NCBI GenBank assembly: GCA_964187785.1
Contig: OZ076409.1
Location: forward strand, 73,844,001-73,908,000
DNA: 64,000 nucleotides
Direction: 5' to 3'
From: Amphiscolops sp. MND2022
Taxonomy: Eukaryota
Shown here: positions 56,953-64,000 of the stretch, piece after piece
Layout: every line of letters starts with the position of its first letter
Numbering within the stretch: the stretch's first letter is position 1
Program-made: the position numbers and the translations under genes
The notes under the pieces: generated by a model
Databases searched by the model: none
Told to the model about the DNA's origin: nothing
Seen by the model: the letters and a program-made list of their open reading frames with translations, nothing else

Positions 56953-59900
56953 GTTGATACGAGCTTTACATAAAAAGTTTGATAAAATTATTAACTCGCC
57001 AACACTATAACTATTTTGTCCTTTCAAATTAATTGCAAAATATGATATAATATAAAAGATATAATTTATATGATATATGAAATATTATATACATGATATA
57101 AAAAATATATAACTATGAAAGTATTCAAAATAATATAGATGAAACATTAAATACTCCCGTTCTTTCGTTTTATGGACTTTTAAAATTGAGTTTGAAGAAG
57201 TTCAATCGATTTCAGGACTTTGAAAAGGAGAAATCTTTGAAGTATTTGAGATTTCCAACACCTGTTTCGAAACATGACGAAAATTCATTTTTTGAAACAG
57301 CATTCTGTTTTTGTGTCAATTATTTGAACTCATTTTGAAACTCATTTTCTTGCAGTGAGAGACTGAATAATGAACATATTCTGGTTGGCAGAAAACAAGA
57401 CGTCAATTTCTTGTCATTTTTTTTAACGGAAGTAGTGAACAACATTTTGCATTGATGAAAAGCATGAAAACTCCCACTTTTGGTTTCCGCTGTCATTTGG
57501 AAATTTTGAAAACTTATTCTGAAAACATTTCTAGAATGCTACTGTTTCTGACGTTTTACCTCATTGAAGATATTCGAATGAAATTAACTACTGCTGACAA
57601 AAGATTTCTTTTGAATAGAAAAAGATAGTCCCATATTTATCGGCACGGTCTATCTTTTAGTCGGTGCTTTTCTCAAGAAAAGAATCGAATTCAGTGATTG
57701 CTTTCCGTCAATGTTTTTCAATACCTTTGTCCATCAACTGAATCAAATAAGAAAAAAAACTTCATAACTTGCACTGGTAATTCATTCCGTTACTTTGTAA
57801 TTACTTTACGAGTTTCACGTACATAGTGTTCGTTGAGTTAATTATCGACCGGTTTTCCGCTCTATAATATCAACGAGTTTTAAATACTTGGGTTTTGATG
57901 AATCTGTTTGCAAAGAATAACAGAAAGGTCTCCTGGGCTTTGTAAAATATCTGCAACCGTAACATTTTTCAGAAAGTTCCAAATAGTTTTATTGCAAGAA
58001 TTGAAATCATAATTATATTAGAAATTGAAAGTCCTTTCGGTAAAACTAAAGGCACTTTTTCCAAAACAATCGTTTTCTTTAATGTAGCAAAGGGACTGTA
58101 TTGCAACCAATACTGTAAGCCCCAAATCTCGGACTATGTGCTTGGCTCCATCAGAAAAGACAGTAACCGTTTACACCCGAAACAAAAACCATAGGATATT
58201 ATTTCTAATCCGCACCCAGCTAAAGCATAAAAAGAGCAAAATTTTCGAAGATGGTTCAGGGTTTTTCTCAAGTGAAATCTCTGAAATAAATTTGACTTTC
58301 TCCAACGATCTTCTATTTTTTCTAACTCCGAAAACTTCAAAAGCAAAACAGGATGAAAAATCGCAGGGTGAAAAATCGAAGGGGGGGAGTAGACGCAGGG
58401 AAAAACAGTGGTTTTAAACGAAACAAAACAGACTCATGTCATTTCTATTTCTGGAAAAAAACCATAATGACTAAACTCATTCTTATAGCTGCTATCCTAG
58501 ACTTAAACCCGCGTCACGTTGTTCAATTGCAGCCTCAGCCAATAATTTAATTACTAAAATAACTTAACTTCCTGCTCCTAGCCGGTAACTGCATCCGTAC
58601 TTGTACATCCGCACTTGTACATTTAAATGGACGTTAAGAGCTCCCTGTTTAATAGGATCTAGATAACTTTCTCTTTGATCATCCTGCTTCCCTGAATTCT
58701 CTTCAATGTAATGCAGGTTTTTATTCGTTAAGGTACATTCAGAAACTTTCCAATTTTTATCCATATGGTTGGTCAAACACTCTCTTCCATAAATCAAAGA
58801 ATTTAAATACCTAGTGGGAAAAATTAAGTAAAATGACGGAATTTCAATTTCACTCAGGATTCACTTTAACAGGTATCGTTTAATCTAAGCGGATGTGTTT
58901 ACAGAAAGTTGTGGTTTTAGCATCATCAAACGGCGGAACGTAGCCACGACGACACGTTTCTATTAAGTTCATAGATCAACGATCTTGGTTCACAATCAGG
59001 AAGTTACTTACACAGAAAACAGCTGTTTGATCAGGTTAACCGTCATTCACACAAAGAGCTATGCAATCAATCGAACAAAATTTTTCAGGTAGGACTTTTC
59101 TGGAAAATAAAAACTCAAAAAATGCCGTAATTTGCACAATTTTGGACGTACATTTTAAACCCGATGCTAAAACCAAATGAAACTAGTACTTCAAACAGCT
59201 CTCAAGTGAAATAAGAGAATTTTTCATACAATTGGCAGTAAGCAAAACTTCTGGTTCGATGTTAGAGAATATTAGCAGCTTCCAATTGGAATGAATTCCC
59301 TCAAAAAAATTATGTAATTATCAGTGCAATTGAAAGGCTCAAAGGTTTTTTGATGTCGCAAGATGCTGCAATAAGGTTTCTTCCTGTAGCAATGATTTTT
59401 GTTGAAAAGACTGACAAAATTCATATTCAAAATTCTCAGGCCAAATCGATAGAAACTGTGATAGGTTTTTGAAAGTTTTTCCGAACCGGAAAGTGATGGT
59501 TATTTTTTACCTACAATTTTTAAATATAGACACAAGGTTTGCAGAAAACTTGTTTTTGAAGGTTGGACCCCCGAAAAGTTGAAAAAGTTATTTCAAATAC
59601 AACGGAAAGAAATTAATGTTCTTGGAATAACAATAAATTCGTGTCTGCGAAAATCATTTTTAGAATTTTTATCGTTCAGAAATGTTTTGAAATGATAGGT
59701 GCAGATTCAAAAGTCAAAGAATTTTGGCATTCGTTTGTGTCGTCATTTTGATAAAGCCAAAAATCAGTTTCAAAATTTTAAAAATGGTGACTTAGACATG
59801 CTTGGATGTTTCTGTTTAAATTTGTAAACTTTTTGAAACATATTTTTATCTCGACTACCTTTCATTTCCAATCTTTTTCACCCTTGGTTCGAAAGGTGCC

Positions 59901-62129
59901 GTTCAGATGTTCAGACGGATAATTAATTTTATTCAATTTCAATCAAAGGTATGCTTTGATAGTTTTAACTTTCTCAGTTTAATCATGTTAGAGTTGTATA
60001 TCGGAATAATGTGTAACAGAACACTTTCAGACTTGTAGGTTGCAAAAAAAAACAAGACTCCGAGTTTTTTCACGGGTTTCCCCACAGAGAAAACCAGTGG
60101 AGTTTGTTGAACACTTGCTTACAAAAATTCTGTCGTTAGCAAGACTTAGCTTTGAAACAGGACGTAAGAAAAAACAATTAGTAGAGAGTTTTATCGTCAG
60201 GAAAAAAAGGAAAAAAACTAATTTTGTAAGGAAGAAATTACCACATTTCTTGCAGTTTCGTTGACGAAACATAGTCATCAACAAAAGTTCGGTCCTTAAT
60301 GACTTTCGTTAAACAAAACTGGAAGGTGATGAGAAATTTGAAGAAAATTGCGCTCCAGAAATACCAACTATATGTGAAAATTACTGAGGTGAAAAAGTTC
60401 GTTCACACATCTATCATGCATGGATGACTGTTGTAATGCGGAAAACAACGTTTCATATCAATTGAAAGGGAAAATTATTTGCAATTGTGGACAAAAATAT
60501 CTTGTTTATGAGACCACTCATTAGTTTTAGTTTCTCGGAAAAGCATATTTTGCAACATTTTTTGTCTTTTGATATTTTATTGGATATGTATGCACTGTTT
60601 TATGTACAAGCAAAGTTCAAAGTGCAAGCTAATTTAGAAATTTTGCCTAATTTGGTATGAAGTTACCTCGAGAATAACCTACTTTGAAATATAATATTCT
60701 TTCGTTAACAGCCAACTCTGAGGGGTGCCGGTTTGTTTCAAACAAAAAAGTTTAATGGAATCAGTGTGCCCTTGCGCTTTGTGGTTCATTTGCACCAGGA
60801 TATTGGAATAGAAGTTAGGGTTTCAAATATTTTGATACTTATTGCATACGATTGACGAACGAACTCGTTTTGTTGTGACTTTGCTCACCTTTTCTCATAA
60901 AATCAGAATAATACACACCTGTAAAATACACTTTTTTGTCTATGAAACTGGAAAAAGTGTTCCGGGAAGAAGTTGCCACAAGTTGATATAATTTTCGAGT
61001 TTACAAAATTTCTTGAAAGGTAAAAGAATGCTCCGCTGGTTGTGATTCAGGATTTTAGGAGGCATATGTTTGAAAGTTTTCAATTACGGAAACATTTTGG
61101 GCAACAACTGAGTTTTTAATCAGCCCACTGGAATGGAACATTCTTTCAATTTGAAATTGACACACGTTGATCAGTAGGATATTTTTGCATGCTGCTAGTT
61201 CAACACCTGCTAAAAAAATAGACCCCACGTTTCGCTAATCTACATATCAAAATCAGGCATTTATATGCTTTCAAAAACGATTCTATGATTACTGGACTAC
61301 TGGCGTTGTGTGTCCTTCACAATACATCTGCTTTGCGGCAATAAATGATGTTTCATTTAGATACAATTGACGAACACTTTTAACACAAAATGAAAATTGT
61401 GAAGAAGTTTGTTTTGGTTGATAAAAAGTAAAATGCAAACAAACACACTCACAGAACTTGAAACGTTCAAAAAACGGTGCACTGCAAGATATGTCCTTTG
61501 AGCATTCTCGGGGGTTTCAAATCCAAAAAGTATCCGCAGAGAAACCTAGTCTTTTTTAGATCCTAATTTGACAAACACGGAGACATTTTTGGCAAACATT
61601 TGCTGGGAGGCAAAGAACCCTACGAATTAAAAGATATACCTGTTTTCGTAAAATTGCAACAATTTGTGTTAAAACCGTGCTGAAGGTGTTAAGTCGAGAT
61701 ACTTTAATGTAGCGTATGTGCCAGGAAAAATGTGAAAACAAAAATGTCCGCTCCCTAGGAATTGTCTAAGTGCCGGATTGTTCCTCATGTAAGTTTTCTC
61801 AATCCTTTATTGACTGATTTTGTGTATCAGAGGTATGTATCTACAAGTCAATACCAACAGTGCACTCGTTTTTCAAAAATTAGGACAGTATTAAATATGT
61901 ATTAAGAGAGCAACGAATATAATGACTTTTCTGCTCTCACTATTGGTCAAATTACGTGGTTCTGCTAGTCGTAATTACTGATTTTTTGATGCGACAACTC
62001 AACTACCTCCATTGGTTGGTTTATTGACTTGACAATGAATTTATTTTTATTTCCTACACTTGTTTCAACTGACATCTATTTTTTCGAACGTGTTGGTTAA
62101 TTAATACTACTCCTTTTTAGATACTACAA

Positions 62130-62693
62130 ATGTTGGTGCGACATGGCAACTTTTCATTCAAGTGCTTCTACAACGGGCACAGGAACAATATTCTCATTCT
62201 TGGAGATTCCTTATTGAAGTCTTTATACATGGGCGAGGTCGATTTTTTATGTTTCCCTGGAGCCAGAAGTGATGACGTGTTAGAATTTTTGAACAATCGA
62301 GAAATCCGCAATATTGTCCGTCGGTACGATAAAATTGTGTTATTTTTTGGCGGAAATTCTGTGAACGATTTTCCAAAGCAAGGAGTTTTACGGCAAGCCG
62401 AAAGACCTAGTGAGGTGTTCCATAATTTCGTATTTATAATCGAGCAAATGAAAATTCTTCGTAATAGTGTAAAAATTGGAGTTCTGGGGTGCCCGAATCG
62501 CTTCAATGGAACTTGGGATAGAATCAAAGAGTTAAACGAACTTCTTCGAATATTACCCTGCGAGTACCGGTTTTTTGGCCTGGGTACAAAATTGAGCTGC
62601 AAAGTTGTCATCGATGAAGATCAAGTTCATTTGAACCAATTAGGGGTAACATGCCTAAAAAGCATCATAAAACATAAAATTGTCAAATGGTAA
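62130..62693 (+). CDS. SGNH/GDSL hydrolase-like protein (187 aa), homolog of 6450-7013
   Basis: ILGDSLL, FPGAR, FFGGNS and EDQVHL motifs. Shares IKELN.LL, F.GLG..LS and LKSI.K.KI with the element-1 SGNH protein. tttttag acceptor-like site 10 nt upstream. Confidence 0.8.
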   Translation: MLVRHGNFSFKCFYNGHRNNILILGDSLLKSLYMGEVDFLCFPGARSDDVLEFLNNREIRNIVRRYDKIVLFFGGNSVNDFPKQGVLRQAERPSEVFHNFVFIIEQMKILRNSVKIGVLGCPNRFNGTWDRIKELNELLRILPCEYRFFGLGTKLSCKVVIDEDQVHLNQLGVTCLKSIIKHKIVKW

Positions 62694-63120
62694 ACAAATT
62701 TCGTTTCATCATGTCAATTCTGTTGCAGAATACTTTGATCTTGTGTAATACATACAGTGACATTTCAATGCATTAATTGATGTCAAAACAGTTAAAAGTT
62801 TTGATTTGACCGCCTTCGCCACTTTCTTTGTTGCATAAAAACCAATTGTTTACTATTGTCGATAGTTGATTTTGCATACGTAATGGTTTTTGACTTGTTC
62901 AGTTTTGCAGTGACATTTAAGATCTAATTAGACGTTAGAAAACATTCATTGTGTCATAGTTCCTTTCTTTCGGAGTTTGGCGTTAAATGGACAGGTTTAA
63001 TAAAATGATTTCTGATTTGAATATTTTTATCAACATAATGTATATGTAGATTGCAGAACCAATTACAACTTTCTTGTAGTGTTGTACGTTTTCAGTGCTT
63101 ATGTTGAGAAAGAGTTCACA

Positions 63121-64000
63121 ATGCCAAAGCGTAGATTTAAAGAAAATGACTGCCTGAAACGTGCCAAAAGGTCATCTACGAAATGCTTGACCTGCGGCAG
63201 ATTCAAAACACAAGCAAATTGTCACAATTGCAACAGACCAGGATACAGCGCCGATGATGACGATGACGTCTCTGAACTGTCGCCTTTACCGCCCACAAAC
63301 GCTGATGAAATAAACTATCCGGATGCGGAATACTGTTACAGTTGTAAGAGACAGTCAACTGACAAATACCCCCTTGTTTTGAATTCGGTTTGTGGAAAGA
63401 ATCTGATGCGAAGAAAAATTGGTCCTGAAACAACCAACCAACAAATTCTTTTGTGTTCTTTGTGCAGTAAATATTTGAATACTTTGTCCCCTGAGTACCA
63501 ACAAAGTGCTAAATTTAAACATGCACGGCCAGCTGTATTTTGGTTTCTTCTGTCTGACAAAAACATCGAAGTCAATTTTTGGCATTATATACCAATTGAA
63601 ATGCGCTGCAGTTGGTTACATAGCGCTTCCATTTGTAATTCAGTTTTTCGTCAACGTATGGATCTGGTATCTCTGCCAATTTTTGTTGACATTTCATTTC
63701 GAAGTCGTGTTTTTAACCAGTTTAAAATTCATTGGTCATCTAGTGAAATGGTGCAAAATGTAAACAATGAATTTTTTCCATGTATAAAATGTCCTGTCGG
63801 CTGTGGGGAGTTCATAGACAACTTTGGTAAAATAGATTTTGTACATTATTTATCCAAATTAATTCCTTATCTGAAAAGTTTTCGTGGTGACGTAATTTCC
63901 TACCTTAGCGGTATGCGAACCGATTATGAAATTCCTGACTTTATATTTCCTGATGACCCTTTTGCGCCTATTGTCAAACCATCACTTTTGGTGTCGGATG
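63121..64000 (+). CDS. N-terminus of a third, divergent RepHel-family protein (open to window end; absent from the ORF track)
   Basis: Manual translation from ATG 63121 has no stop (MPKRRFKEND...). CLTC/CHNC/CYSC/CSLC, KHARPAVFWFLLSD, FFPCIKCPVGCGEF, IDFVHYL and LSGMRTDY match CxxC, PNAWPSVLYTLLFD, CFPNIRCPAGCFEF, ISFAHFL and LKGAREDF of the 2373-aa protein. Confidence 0.8.
   Translation, partial: MPKRRFKENDCLKRAKRSSTKCLTCGRFKTQANCHNCNRPGYSADDDDDVSELSPLPPTNADEINYPDAEYCYSCKRQSTDKYPLVLNSVCGKNLMRRKIGPETTNQQILLCSLCSKYLNTLSPEYQQSAKFKHARPAVFWFLLSDKNIEVNFWHYIPIEMRCSWLHSASICNSVFRQRMDLVSLPIFVDISFRSRVFNQFKIHWSSSEMVQNVNNEFFPCIKCPVGCGEFIDNFGKIDFVHYLSKLIPYLKSFRGDVISYLSGMRTDYEIPDFIFPDDPFAPIVKPSLLVSD

Overview
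AT-rich eukaryotic (probably invertebrate) DNA. Positions 1 to ~54,124 are one continuous, same-orientation, head-to-tail array of Helitron/Helentron-type rolling-circle elements with no visible host DNA between them. All 19 junctions I found share a CTAG-GTG core (one is CTGG-GTG). The array holds two apparently intact autonomous elements (15.3 and 13.5 kb) and 16 complete non-autonomous units of several families (1.07-2.39 kb). Each autonomous element encodes a ~2,375-aa protein with a Cys-rich N-terminus, HUH/Y2 Rep, a PIF1-like helicase and a C-terminal GIY-YIG nuclease. Each also carries an SGNH-hydrolase-like gene and a putative OB-fold/Zn ssDNA-binding gene. Units with unrelated interiors share terminal structural signals, including hairpins with covarying stems. 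After degraded AT-rich DNA containing a long foldback, a third, divergent element (SGNH gene plus a RepHel N-terminus missing from the ORF track) runs off the window end. The candidate new system is a self-targeting rolling-circle transposon family that builds cassette-like arrays, driven by a RepHel-GIY-YIG fusion. All calls are by eye; no searches were run.
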